Shown: positions 35,507 through 51,287 of the stretch, one piece after another
How positions within the stretch are numbered: the first letter of the stretch is position 1
How the letters are laid out: every line of letters starts with the position of its first letter
Origin: Vermamoeba vermiformis
Taxonomy: Eukaryota
Direction of reading: 5' to 3'
Assembly (NCBI GenBank): GCA_045837725.1
Contig: JBEWZL010000087.1
Coordinates: 1 to 64,000, forward strand
Length of the DNA: 64,000 nt
The notes under the pieces: model-generated
Told to the model about the DNA's origin: nothing
Databases searched by the model: none
The model's input: only the letters and a program-made list of their open reading frames with translations
Program-made: the position numbers and the translations under genes

Positions 35507-37964
35507 TTATTTTCTCTCAGATTTGTTGCCAATGTCGTTCAAGATCTCCAAACCCATTGTTGGCAGTCCATAACAACAACTGCTCACGTCTTTGCCATTC
35601 GCTGCTTCTTCCAGTTGAAAGCCACGATGAAAGATTTTAACGAGTTTAATCTCATCGTCACTCAGTTTGTTTCGAAGGACATGATCTGCTTCTTCAAGCT
35701 CTTCGTGTGTCTTGAATGCTATCATCCCATGGCTCTGTGAAAACAATCGTGGAGTCGCATCACCTGTTTTCATCACATAGTCCATGTACATGCCTATAAT
35801 ATGAATTAGAAATAGTTAACATGGTTATGATGACAATGCCTACCTAAGGGGCCTTTGAAACGATCTGTGAGAGGTATATTGAGTGTGTACTGCAAGAAAT
35901 CTTGTACAAAGCGATGAGAATTGAATTCTCCAGAGTAATGACGTTCTGTGTTCCATTTTTGAATGAAAGCAATCATCTATGCAAGGTTAATACTGATAAA
36001 TCTACACTTCCAAACAATTACCTTTTGCACTATCTCTTCAGTAAAGTCAAACTTGACTGATTCAGCAGCATCAAAGAGCACTGCCACTGCAGCTCCAGGT
36101 CTCAATTCACCAATGTGCACAATGCCACTTTGATTCCACTCAACAATCTGACCAATTGATTAACAGGACTGAACAAGAATTGAAGATGCTAGTGTACGTA
36201 CTGTGTTGCCAACCTGAAGACCAGAGTGCACACCATCGACAATTGATTTGCCTCTGAAAGGACGAAGCAACTTGGCGACGTTTGTTGCAAGGCCTGCTGA
36301 TGCTGATGAGACAAATACTCGCACAGCAATTCTGGCATTCTGTTTTGTGGTTAGAATAGCAGCCTTTGGATGAATATGACAGGAGAATTATTAATAGTCG
36401 TCATCACTTACCTTGTCAGTCTTGAAGTTGAACAATTGTTGACGTAATTTGTCACTGTTGTAGCACTCTTCAAGTGCCTTGGTCCACTTGTTGTCAAACT
36501 TCCTCAACTCTGTGCATTTTTCTTCAAGCACCTTAATTCTGTCCTGATTAAGTTTGTCTACTGTTGGTGGCATATCAATGGGTTCAAATGTGTGCTCACT
36601 GATGCTCATTTCTTCAGTACTTGTTTCTTGATTTGTTTGTGACACTTCTTTGGCTCATATTTGTTGATGTGTCTTGCATTTGATCTCCATTGAAAACGTA
36701 TTCATATTCAATGCCAAGTGAATTAAGTGTTTCTCTTGCATATTCTGTGAATGCCTTGACAGGTTTGGGCTCAGTCTTGAAGCATAGATAGATATTTGGG
36801 ACAAAATGCTTTGGTACATCTTCAAGAGTCCATTCCATTAAGTACAAGGTGAATAACTCTGTGACTTGCTGTTGAAATGGTTTGCTGCAAATTACACCAC
36901 CAAGGACTACATTACGAAGGGTACCAATGGACATCAATAGCTTGGCTTTCATATTAAGTGCTGTGTAGTCAATGACTGTTGCTTGGTAACTTTTTGATTT
37001 TTGTGCAAAGTACAAATCTTCGCCAGTATTGTTTGATATTTTGGCAATGGACATTAAGATGTTATCTTGTTTTGCTTCATTTTCAACGACCAATATAACT
37101 TCACTAGCAGTCAGCAAGTACTCTTTCATCAACAGAAATCTGTCCATTCTGCCGTAGGGTAACAGCAGCACATGCCTTCTGATGGTCTCTAAACTTTGGC
37201 TGTAAAGTTCTTGATTGACCGAACTAACTTCTTTGGTGAATCCAATTGTGCTAAGGCTTGTTTTAGCCATTTGAATGTAGTCGTTGGTGTCAGGCACTAG
37301 AATGAAAATGTTGACGATGAGTGCTTGGTTTGATTGGATCTGTTGGCCAACATTTGGAATTGGCGGTGGCGAGGCTTGAAGGAACGCCGTTGTAAGGCTC
37401 ATCATTTCTTGAATATCGTTGGTATTGGTCGGGTAAAGTGCACTTGGTGAGTCTTCCTCGTTGTTATTATTATCACCCGGCGTGAGTTTAATTCGTTTGT
37501 TTGGCTTTGGTCCCGTTAAACTGCAGTAAACTACGTGTTTATCGCCGTTCGAAAATCGAAATTCAATTGCGCCACTTCTGTTCTTATGAAAGTCGATTTG
37601 ATAAAGATGATAATTAACGCCCTTATCATCGACGACTTGATTAGTTTCTTTCAATATGAATAACTCGGGATCGTCGATGATAATTTCAACGTTTTCAGTG
37701 GCCACGAACCAATAAATCGAGCGCGCATTGAGTTTGTTGCCTGGCGGCAGTGCTTTGGCTATTTCGGTGATTCTTTTTTTCCGTTGTTCGATCGTTGCGT
37801 GCCTTGTTCCGACGTCTTTGACTCGCGTGTAGCGTAGACGAAGTCTATAATATCGAATTAGTCTTTACTATTGCTTCGCTTTCTTAAAAGATCTGATTGA
37901 CATACGCTCCTGACCGAAACGTAGCGCTGTGCTGCACTTGGCTACTTTCGAAGGCGTCTTGCAT
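35507..37964 (-). CDS. Family A copy 5 (A5); internal deletion of the HGSVL...CP segment; apparent frameshift near 36650
   Basis: LRYTRVKDVGTR N-domain, KPNKRIKL NLS, LIVNIFILVPD domain, and C-terminal GVHSGLQVGNT...EFNSHRFV exons. Confidence 0.8.
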
Positions 37965-38997
37965 TGTAGTTTGGCCCTCGGCATTTCTAGGTATTCGGTA
38001 AATATTTAATAGTACGCAAACGCGATTTGAAGTATTCTTACGAATAATTTATGACTTGTTGCTGTAAATCCGACGGATCCCTGAATTGAAATATTTTGAT
38101 TAATAAGTTAATGATGTATAATAATACGAATTATTTTATTTCGGCGAAAGCAGATAATCGCAACGAAAACGACATTTAATTCTTTGTGGATTTGAAAACT
38201 CACCAATATTGGACACCGTGCGCCGTCATCGTCTGTTGAATAATTTATTTTCCTTCGTGCTGTGAAGTAATTAATAAATAAATAGTCGATAAAAGATTTG
38301 ACAGATTTGGATTCGGCGCCAAAAAGCACCGGCTCGCTAGTTAGTTAGATTTTTCCTTACCTGCTCATGTACGTTATCGTCTATTTGAAAATAAATAGAA
38401 TATTCAGTTTCGCACACAAAAAAAGCCGTCACAAGCAATTTTCATTCGTTGATTTATTCCTGCAACAATTTTAGCGTAAGCTTCCTAATAAGCGATATAC
38501 TATACAAATATAATTTACATTTCGGGTACTATACAAGCCACGTCAGGGTTGTTTTCATTGTAACAGAGTTGCCGCAAGAGATCCCACGTAAAGCGTTGAC
38601 TTTCATAGTTCCGAAGGATAGCGTCGCTGTATTAATATAAAGAGCAGCAAAAGCGTATTGTAAGCCACGCAAGGACGAGCTTCAACAGGAATAAAAATAC
38701 GGCGCTGCCCATTCTCTTCTTCGAAGATCGATTATAATATGAAAGATCGAATTAGATTTAAATCAATTAAAATTAACTTCGTGGTTAAAACTACTTACCC
38801 TAAGTTCTCATCTTGTTGAATGACGTACGTAATCGCATTGACGGTAGATTGCAAAATTTCATCGACCCGGATTTGTTCCATCTTGCGTTTTTACGATGCA
38901 ATTAGCTGCTTATTGAACGCGCTTTTCGTTTTAAATAATTTTGCATTTTAAATGGCTATTTATAGTTGGCCAATCCTCCCAGGTTTCCGATCAGAAA

Positions 38998-39332
38998 ATC
39001 AGAAAATTGACACGCGTGTCTCGAAGGTTCGCTGACGCAAATTACTTAAATCCGTATCTTTTGGTATACTCGTATATATTTGGGGTGATACTCCAAGAGA
39101 TTTTGTGAGGTAAATTTTGGATTTGTTCGTATTTTTGGAACGTGAAATTGTGTTCTTGAAAAGACTGACACTTGCATCGATACTGCGCTTCAATATGACT
39201 ATTAATGATGCTCGTCAATTGCATGTTATTAATCGACTGATAATACTGCGGTCACGTTTTTGGCGGTGTAAAGCAAGCTTGGCTGATCCTCGCTTGAATA
39301 AACTGGAATTCCACCGTAATCGGCTTCAATAA
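38998..39332 (+). repeat. Non-coding direct repeat, copy 2
   Basis: Homologous to 34450-34801. Indels between the copies argue against coding. Confidence 0.9.
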
Positions 39333-40054
39333 GAGTCACGAATAATGAACGACATGCGTATATGAACAATGTACCTGACTCCATTATGCGCGAGGGTGTT
39401 TTTGTGAATTGTTTGCGTCGATCTTACGCAAAAAGAGGATTCATCCTATTGAAATATTACCACTTAGTAACGTGCCTTGTGGTTGTGGTTATCTAATGTA
39501 TGGTGGTAGTATCAATAACCGAAAAGAATAACGCGTTTTTACCTCACCCGCTAGTCAGACTGCAATCTGGCGAACTAAAACTAGCGATCCGACCAGCTAG
39601 AAATCCATGATACATATCGAACATTCCTCGTCCCGAGAGCCATAGATAACGTACAATCTTTAAAATCATTTCATGCAGTCGGTTAATGTCTCATGTTTAG
39701 CGAGAAGCATTCGGTTCGTTCGACACTTTAATTCCAAACCCTAACCCTAGGGTGTCACCTCGGAAATATCGACGCTGTCAGTCCAACAATAGTGCGCATA
39801 GTACTGCGCGTGTTTGTAGGCGCTCGAAATTTTGTAAAGGATCTGCTACATCTAGTCTACTTGACTGTCTCAGCACACAGCATACTCTTCGTATCTACGC
39901 AAGAAGCACGAAAGTAAAGCTGATCGTCGAGACCAGGAATAGACATCGCCAGATTTGTACTACCACGTCCAATAGCACCGATAATGGAAAGGTACTTATC
40001 GTCAACTTTAGCGACTGAGGAAAAGAAATCTACTAACCGGACTTGTGCCGTCAT

Positions 40055-41806
40055 TTATTGAGTAGTTTTCCTTCGTTTTGTCAATTGCTCGTCATCAGAA
40101 GATTCACTATCGCTCGCTGTTCGTTCATCTAATTTCCTTTTTTGGTTGGTCGCTCGTTGATCCGCAGAAAATTGTTGATTAGGAAACACCTCGTTGATTT
40201 CTTTATCGTTCCTATCATCGATGACGTCAAAATGTGGTGTTATAATGTAAAAACCATTGTTATTGAAGACGATGATTTTTCCATCGACCATTAATGCCTC
40301 TGAGACCTTCGTTTTGACCATGCCAACAATTTTGTTCTTCGAAAGTGAATAAAATATGCAGCAAGGCCAGAATTGGTAGTTGATATAGAACGATATTTCT
40401 ACAGCCAAAATATCTGGAGTTAGCCATATCGTACTGCCGATAAGTTGTCGTTTATTTGGCCCACATCCGCCAAGGTACCAGCTTGGAGGCCCAAGATCTT
40501 CGACGAAATCTCCTTTTTCAAATTTATAAACGCTTATCTCACTAGCTACATAGAAAAGCGAATTAAAACTCGTTTCATTAACAAATAAAATATTATTTTT
40601 ATAGCTTACCTCGAGCAAATTTGTAATAAAAGGCGCCGCAACAAACTTCGAATGCTTCATCTCCACTAAATTCTACATATCTATTCAAATTAACGTCTTC
40701 ACAACGAAACAAACGAGTTTTTGTAACGAGATCGAACACATCCAGAATTGACACTCCAAAACAATTGTATTGAACGTGTAATAACTGTCCATAGTCATTT
40801 TCAAGCAAAAATACAACACGAACGATGCAGCCACAATAATCTAGCTGTTCCTTAATAAGAAGGATTGGTTCGGTTTCGGATGCGCAGTCAATCCGCCGGA
40901 TCTCAAGAAATTTCCGCTCTTCTGCTTCTACGCATACTTCGTATAAGTACGGTTGTATTAATGACTGTATTAACTTCGATTGTTGCCTGCATTGATAGCT
41001 GCGTTGAATTTTTTTCGTTTTCAGTGAATACCATCGAAGTTGATTTTGATGCAAATAAACAATACAATCATCTATAATAATCAATATATTTAAACCATAC
41101 CATATTATACGTACTAGCTAGTATCGGATAGACTCGGTCATTTTCCTGGTCAAAAGTGGATTCGTACTCCAGATCAAACGAGTTATTTACAAGCGAATAG
41201 ACTTTAAAGCTTCTATCCCGTACACAAACTACTTTACGACCTAATAGTTAATATCAGTACCTATTTAAGTAAAAATAAAGGACTTACCAGGCACATCCAA
41301 CCATAAATAGTTGACGGTCAGATCTATTTTCGCCAAAATGACTTTCTTTGTAACGTCAAACAAGAACACTGAACCAATTTTGTATATTAATAATATATCG
41401 GCGGTCCATGGAAGCCTCATTTGATCTTTAGACATGAAAACTTCAAGACGCACTGAGACGTCCACAGTTTCGGGCTCTGTATTTTTAGGCAAATAAATAT
41501 AGGTTATATTTTTGCCGGTATCAATAGTTCTAAATCGGGCAAAGCGATAGAGTTGCTGGTCCAGGTCTTCGTCCAGAATTTTTTGAAAATTAAATGGAAA
41601 TGTTGACTCGATTCTTCTGCGCCAATAACTATCAGATTTTGATAGTAATAATTTTAGGAATTTTTTGGAGCAAAGGCGAAGGGTAATAAGGTCTCTGACG
41701 GGAAGCCAAGAACAGATTTCAAATAATATTTCTGTTGGTCTGTAAGTGAGTCAATATTTAAATAGCAATTCAATTATAATAATATTATTACATACAGATT
41801 GTCCAT
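40055..41806 (-). CDS. F-box protein with beta-rich (propeller-like) C-terminus and terminal NLS
   Basis: Spliced N-terminus MDNL|PTEILFEICSWLPVRDLITLRLCSKKF...SYWRR is an F-box. ORFs 41265-41492, 40599-41084 and 40055-40666 are linked by introns. Ends KRRK. Confidence 0.8.
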
Positions 41807-42061
41807 TCATGTGGATGTGATTGGCTTCCTGTGAAACGAAAAATTTAAATTCAGCCGAAACACGTTTTATTGCTTTTTATGATGTCGGTAGAAACCTTGA
41901 CAGCACTTCGCCTGCAGCAAGACGTTTAACTACCACTCTTTACTAATTGAACGGCATTAGATATTTATTACGAAACCGAAATATTGTCAGCGTACCAGCA
42001 AGCTGACCCAAAAAGTAACAAACGGCGATTATTTTTACAAAGACTAAAATTGCCATAGTTT

Positions 42062-43749
42062 TTACAACGCAAGAAGAGCAATTGCTGATAGTACTAGAGT
42101 TGCCAAGTAAGCGACCAAGCTCGATCGATCCGCTCCTGGACCACTAACTTGTCCAGTTTTTTGAGGAGAAGCTACTGGCTCTGGTATTGGCGGTGGTGGT
42201 GGAGGGCACGCGAAAGTTGTCGTGCAATTACCTACTTCAAATCCTAATCGTTCAAACTTGACATCTACGATCGCTGTGCCGTTCAAGATCTCAAATTGTT
42301 TGACCGTTGCGAATGGTTCTCCACAACCATCATCAATATAGCTATACGCATCAGTAGGCACCACAAAATCTGCTTCATTGCACGATGTTACGGAGACGTT
42401 CTTGTGGCACGTAAAGTTGAGTTTGTTGGGGAAACACAACGGGTAGCTGTAGAGCAGGTACTTGGTGGTGACAGAATAAGTATTCGACACTATACCCGTA
42501 ATTATAATATCATTTTTAGTCCTCGTCAAGTCCTTCAATTGCACTGCCTCGCCGGTGCCATCATCGTCAACAATAGAAATTCGTCCGCCCATTTGCCACT
42601 GGCCAGCCTTATCGCGGTACATCATAACAACACTACCGCCGTATGTCCAATCAGTTTCGTTGTAGTTAAAAGGATAATTCGGGGCCATTAAGAAAGCCAT
42701 GTCTTGGTTGATCCAGACCGCCGAAGACACCCAACTAGTGTATATGTTCGTGTACTCGTTGTCAAGACCCACATCTTCTGAATTGAATTTTTTAACGACG
42801 TGCCATGTCTGATTATTTTTTTGATATTCCGCAATGTAAATAGTTCCGCTAGACCACTTAGCTCGTGAGCCACCGAGATAAATTACCGTGTTATTACCGT
42901 TAAAATGCACAGCAGATTCTAATACGTATTTTTCATAGCTTTCATAGTCATCTCCACCAAAGAACGCGCTTACTCCCCATTCCTCGTTCGCTTGCTTTGA
43001 AAACAACGGCCCATTCTCGCCCGTGTATGATGCTATATTGCTAGTAACGGGGTCAAAAGATGTGCTAGTTAACTGCAGTCGTATTGTAGAAGTCGAATGT
43101 GTCAATTGCTTGAGAGTAGGTTTGGTTCCAAGATCCACCATCGTAATTCCATTCGACCATTGTAGTAACGAAGTTGCTCCAAATAAAGGTCATCAAGGTA
43201 TTCTCGCTAATAAATTTCGCGTACCTACAGTACGTTATATCGGTATCTGGATCGTCAAGTCGTGTGGTCAAGATCAGATTAGATTCGTTGCCGAAAGAAT
43301 AAAAAGAGTAAAAACTGGATGTTGGACTGGTACTATTATAACCAGCCACAAAGACCCACTTTCCATTAGTTGCGGCACACCTGTAGTTGTAGGGGCAAAC
43401 CTGAAGTTCAGGCAACAAAAGCATTTCGTACGCGCCATCTACTTTCTTCTTGTACAACGGCGTCGACTTTCCCCCGCCAAGTACGGTTTGACGACAACTA
43501 GATATAATATAATCATCGTATTGTCCTCCAGATGGTGGTTGAATCCCCAAGCCGGTTTCATCCGGGCCAAAAACTAATTTTGGGCTGGTTACCTGCAATA
43601 AATTTTAAATTAATTAACTGCTATATATTAATATTACCCGTAAATAATAATAATTATTAATATTACAATTAAATTACCTGAAAGGCACCACAACTAAGGG
43701 CAAGTAGCAACAGAAAAACGAACGTAAGCAACGCGATCTTCATCTTCAT
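42062..43749 (-). CDS. Secreted, probably GPI-anchored, beta-propeller-like surface protein; frameshift near 43070-43090
   Basis: Signal peptide MKMKIALLTFVFLLLLALSCGAFQ|, beta-rich body, Pro stalk and hydrophobic C-terminus LVAYLATLVLSAIALLAL. Confidence 0.65.
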
Positions 43750-43869
43750 CCTAGTCAGTCTGTGGTGTTGCTTAACGGCAAGTGGTTGGAAGATACGGTA
43801 CCGAGTCTTTTTGCACCTGCTATTTTTACCGCTATTTTTAGAGATCCCAAAAACACGCCAATCCTTGAA

Positions 43870-45077
43870 ATGAAGACCACGGTAGCGTGTATAATTTTCT
43901 GCCTCTGTTCTTTGTCTGCGGCATTGCAGGTATTATTTATATAATTCTAACGACGATCTAACTTATTTTTAGACGGTTTACGTTGGCGGTTTCATTTACC
44001 CACCTGCAGCCACTTATAATTATCAAGGATCTGCGAAACATTATATGCTTTATGACGGCTTTGCACAATCCAATTATTTAATGCATTCAATGGCGAATGG
44101 CAAGGGCATCCAATTAAAATTTGCCGATGAGGCACGAAAGACTTTTACAGGCACCTTGCTGCTTAAAAATAGCGATGGAACATATCGAGGTGTTGACTTA
44201 CCATTTAATTGCAGCAAAAATAATTACGCTACCTCAGCAACGTACGGCGGACAAGTTTTTGTTTGTGGAAGCCAGATCTTCTCTCTGGGGCCTGATGGTT
44301 CAATTCAAAACCTGCAAACTCTATCTAATGATGTTAAACTTATCGTATTTGCTAATAGCAGCGTATTTATGGAAACCTATTTGGGCAGTCTCAACGTCTG
44401 GTCAAACATACCAGAGAATCCAACCTGGACGGTAGTGGGTGGCACTAGTTGTTATATCAATTTGCAGTATCCTCAAATTTACACCAATCACGCGATTGTA
44501 CCTTACGTCGATGGAAAGTCCGCGCAATTATTTAGACGAACCGATTTTGCTTGGGATCAGCTGGAAATTGATGACTTTAAATTTTACCGGCGATTCTGCC
44601 AGAGATCCAGCGGTGTTATGGGACGGTGCAGATACTATTATTTCAGGATGGAGACCGGAGGATGTTGGCGTTAACACCGTCCGAGGCCAGATCAAGATCT
44701 TCAGAAAGGTGGGCGGATCTTGGTCACTCAACAAAACCATCACGAGCACTGACTTGGGTCTCGCGCCTCCAGGTGGATTGGGCGTGCGACTGTTGCTCAT
44801 TGACGCGAACACGGTGCTCGTACACGCAGTTGAAGGCTACAACAGGACACGTGCTATGACAGGTGGCGCTTCATTCGCGCTGGAAAAAATCAACAATGAT
44901 TGGGTCGTAACGACAAAATTCGTGCAACAAAATCCCAACGATGCGTACTTGCTTGGTGCAATGAGCTACGACAAGTCTGACAGACGACTGTACTTTACTG
45001 CCTGCCGTACAGTTTTTGAAGGACGTTTGTCTGGTCGCGAGTGTGGCATCAAATACGCTGTGTGGAATCGAACTTAA
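43870..45077 (+). CDS. Secreted beta-propeller-like protein; frameshift near 44550-44570
   Basis: Signal peptide MKTTVACIIFCLCSLSAALQ|. FG-GAP-like segments (GQIKIFRKVGGSW, GASFALEKINNDW). Confidence 0.6.
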
Positions 45078-45369
45078 GAAAATAAAATTTTTGCAGCCTT
45101 AATCCACAGAAAATTATTGTAATAAGCGAATAAACTCGTGTAACTTACACCTTGCTTGATCCACTCCTTTGTCTTTCCATCGAAACCTTCATCTTCTTAG
45201 AGAAAATGGATGGTCTATCTTTCGACAATAGTTATTAATCTTAAGATACTTAATTTAGATCGTTTGAGTTTTTATCTGCAAGATCGAACAAAAATGGATC
45301 AAAGGTTGTTTTTTCAACTTTAATCTTTCTTGAGCACAATGATAGGAGCACATATTTACATAGGCATTA

Positions 45370-45591
45370 TTAAGGCATGTTGAGGCCACAAACAGAGCAT
45401 TGGTGCGCCGTGGTAACAGCAGCAACGTGATCGGCTTGCGAGCAATTTGGTTTTGTGCTGTAGAAGCCATCATTGACCCTCGTTTGCTGCTTGCACTTAC
45501 TGCATTTATGTTGCATGGTTACACCATCGACTGGATCGACCTGTGCGCAGTGCGGGCACTTCACATCCCAGTTTCCGATCAGACTGGCCAT
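45370..45591 (-). CDS. Small two-repeat Cys/His zinc-ribbon-like protein (73 aa)
   Basis: CPHC-x3-D-x-V-x3-T-x2-H-x-CSKC is repeated as PNC-x3-D-x-V-x3-T-x2-H-x-CSVC. Confidence 0.6.
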   Translation of the reverse strand: MASLIGNWDVKCPHCAQVDPVDGVTMQHKCSKCKQQTRVNDGFYSTKPNCSQADHVAAVTTAHQCSVCGLNMP

Positions 45592-46007
45592 TCGTTTGCA
45601 ATTTGTGGTATTACGTAAGAAATAATTATTGGACTATTGGTTCTTTCGTAAGGCAATTTATACCTTGCTATCCACGCAAATTAATAATTTTAAAAAATAT
45701 TTGTTCGAAAATTGCGCCAATTTTCTTACTGCTTCCTATTCTTGTGTATTGATTCCTATTCGCGCAATCTTATAATATATTGAAGGAAATCAATTTAATT
45801 TAATTTAAACGTATCGACTTAACGAGACTTTAATCCAGATCTACAATGTCATCCACTCGCTACAAACACCTAAATGTATCGGAGTCTTCTAGAAGGGGAC
45901 TTTGTATTTATATTTAGTCCCAACTTTGCTGCTAGAAGTTTCTTTTTTTCAGGTGAACTAAGATCGGAGCGGCGAAATGGTAACTGAACGTCAATTGCAA
46001 AATATAA

Positions 46008-48142
<2,135 letters not shown>

Positions 48143-48224
48143 ATAATAAGAATAAAGGCCCACAATAACAGTAAAAGATTACTATTTTATTTCAATAAAT
48201 CATTATAAATTAAAAACGCGTTTT

Positions 48225-51200
48225 TTAAAACAATAGAGGCATCGCTAACAAACTGGCGTACAAAAAGCTCAACTTGCCCGCAGAAGATATTTGGGCCTTA
48301 GGCGCGTTGCCAGAGCCAGGAGTATTTGTGACACGCCTGGAGCAGACGCTGGCGCAACTGGCGGTGCGGGAACTGAATATATCAAGCGTTATTATTGTTT
48401 TAATATTACGAACAGTTGATGTCACTTACGTCTCATAACACCAATCATATCAACGGGAATTTCTTTGAAGGCCTGTTTGAATGCATCTGACGTGCATTTA
48501 TCAATAGCGCCTGCTTTCAGAGTGAAGTTCAACGAATACGCATCCACAAAGTCAGAAAGTGACAGCGAACAGTCGTCTGAGAACGTGAGGTAAGGCGACA
48601 CCGATTGTTGCGTGCACAAGAAATATTCATTCGTAGCGTTCATTATAATATTGGTGCCGAGTTTGTTGCCAGCAGGAGCGGGAGGATCATTCTGCGTAAT
48701 CATTGCGCATTAGTATAGTCATAATAACTCCAATTAATTCAATTTCGTACAGAGTAAATTGAGGCTAATTCGGGGAATGCAGTGGCCCAGACTTCAGAAT
48801 TGATCGGTACTTCTTCAAGTGTCGCGTACAAACTCGCATTGTTCATTGGACCACAAGCACCAGTACCACGCGAATCTGTGTAATGAAATATTAACACCTA
48901 ATAGACACTATTCACCGCCGGGAGAACTATAAAAATCCCAGAAAAGTCGAGAGAAAATTCAATTTAAAATGCATTTCAACGTACCAATCCAAACTGCGTA
49001 CAACGCTTCAATGATAATGTTATTGTGCACTAAATTGTCGCGGCCACCGCCAATCTTGATAGCCTAAAATATTATTATATTTAATCATATGCTAGTATAT
49101 AAATATTAACTCTAACAACACTTACAGTAGTGACGTTGTAAAAGATATTGCCGAAAATCTCAGCAGAGCTGCATTGATCGTCCATATACACACCGACTGC
49201 TCCTTCGCCTTTATATCCCGTAATATCACTATGAATTGATGGTGATTAATATAGACGTACCTATCTACCGCTTATACTTACTAGAACAAATTGTGTTTGA
49301 TCACCGTGCCTCTGTAGGTCCAATCTCTTACTGAGTAAATTGCACCGACATCCTGAGTCTCTTTGCAAACCTATGGAAGTATAAGAAATTAGTCTTATTA
49401 TTTTAAAATGCTCCGAAGAATCATTAGATTGATTGCTGTATTGATTTTGATTCAAAAAAAAAAATGATACGTACATCATGAATGACGTTGTACTGGAAGG
49501 TATGATAATTGCCGAACCACCACAACGCATTATGAGGACCGTTGTACATCTCGTTGTGTTCAATAGTCACTCCAACGCCATCGACTTTGAACGCTGGATT
49601 GTACGTCTTGCACCACCGACTGAAATTTCGCACCACGTTGTTGCGAGCAGTAATATCTGATCATTATAGCTTATTTTAGTACCTTATATTGTATTAAGTT
49701 ATATTAGTGACTTACTGGCTTTAGTAAGTGAAGCACGCTCACCACCAGAAAGGGAAACTGCCGTTTCACCGGAGTTTTCAACGAGGCATCTCTCGATCAA
49801 AATATTGCTTGAATCGGTGATAGTAATGCTATTAGTGCCAGTATTGCGAACAGTAAGACCATTCAAAGTCACCTAAGACATCGTTAGTTTTTTGTTTTGG
49901 ATGTACGGATCGACTTTTTGTCAGTACTTACATCGCTAATAGAGGTACCATAAACACCCTTCAATATCAAAATTGTTAATAAATATAAGGGTTCGTCGAT
50001 TTTGCATTACCTCTTTTCTGCTAGCTTCAATGGTAAGCCCTTCGAAATTAATGTACGAAGCTTGATCCATTTTGATAACGTAATCCAAGACCGATACGAC
50101 AACGTCTGCTTGCTCAAAGTCGCCAGTAGGAGGCCAGAAATATATTTTAGAGTTATTTCGGTCAATGTAGTACTCGCCAGGCGCATCCAGCTCACTCAAG
50201 AAATTCAGCAAGTAGAAACGCGAGCCTTTTGTAATGCCAAAGACAGGTGTGTAACCAAGCGTTGCACTAACCTGATCAACTTGGCCCTGAATACCACTCA
50301 AAGAAGTGTACCTATTGAAATATTTAACAAAATGTTGAATTTCCTAATTAGGAAGTGCCAGCAGCACGCACTCATCAGCCCACTGGAACTGCCAGTAACC
50401 GAAAGCATGGGGGTCAGGCTCTTGTTGCCATTGTGCCAAGTTATTATCAGCGGGTACGAAAGTAATAGTTAAATCAGTTAGATCTGAAATAGTCATAAAA
50501 TCCTGAAACACATCCGTTAGTCAGATCGCATCTCGTGTGAGTCGAGTTACTTACGGTATTAGGATAACGAGCCAAGGTCATAGGTTCATTTTTAAAGAAA
50601 AGCTCCATAGCTGCATAGCCTCCAGGCACAAATAAACCGCGGCGTACAATGGTACCCATATCAAGCGATCCAAGGCTGGCGACTTTAACCTACGAATAAC
50701 GAAGTGCATGAATTAGATACTGCTTGATAATATTCTTAGTCTAGACCTTACGTTCGTTTTGGCGTTCGTTTTTAACCGATCGAGAATTGCTTGATCAGTT
50801 ACGGAAGTCCAACCACCAATAGTAGTGCCTCCAATAATTAACACTTCCTCGCCCTGATAGGCTCTATATTATAGTAAAGTTAGTAATGAATTAAAAGCCT
50901 TTTAGCCCTCTGTTGTACCTGTAAGTAATCGGAGATCCTTCCATTCCTGAATCTTGCGAACCGAAGGTTAAAGCCTCGGTCAAAGAATATTTTCCACCTC
51001 TAATCTCGACAAAGATGCCTATTTTAAATATTAGTACGAGATTCATTATCGAATTCAATTATTCGAAAATTTTTGTACTGGATCAACTTACTATCTCCAC
51101 TGTTCTTCGTCAAAGTTCTAATATAATCTCTTGCTTTACCAATAGTTTTATAAGGGTTTTCTAGCGATCCGTCGCCTGCAGTATCAGAGCCATTTCCATC

Positions 51201-51287
51201 GGAAACGAAGACGGAGATCGTGGTGGCAACCGCCAAGTTGATAGCAGCCACAACTAAAATTGCCCACAATAACGTTTTAGTACTCAT
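48225..51287 (-). CDS. Secreted, probably GPI-anchored, right-handed parallel beta-helix protein (pectin-lyase-like fold)
   Basis: Signal peptide; VFVSDGNGSD...GSLENPYKTI; MTLARYPN; ELDAPGEYYID; repeated beta-helix coils; C-terminal hydrophobic tail. Confidence 0.8.

Noticed and set aside
34450-39332. LTR retrotransposon defined by the direct repeats
   Set aside because: No gag/pol/RT, no TG...CA ends, primer-binding site or target-site duplication recognised.
39737-39752. Telomere-like AACCCTAACCCTAG
   Set aside because: Only two units, which is expected by chance.
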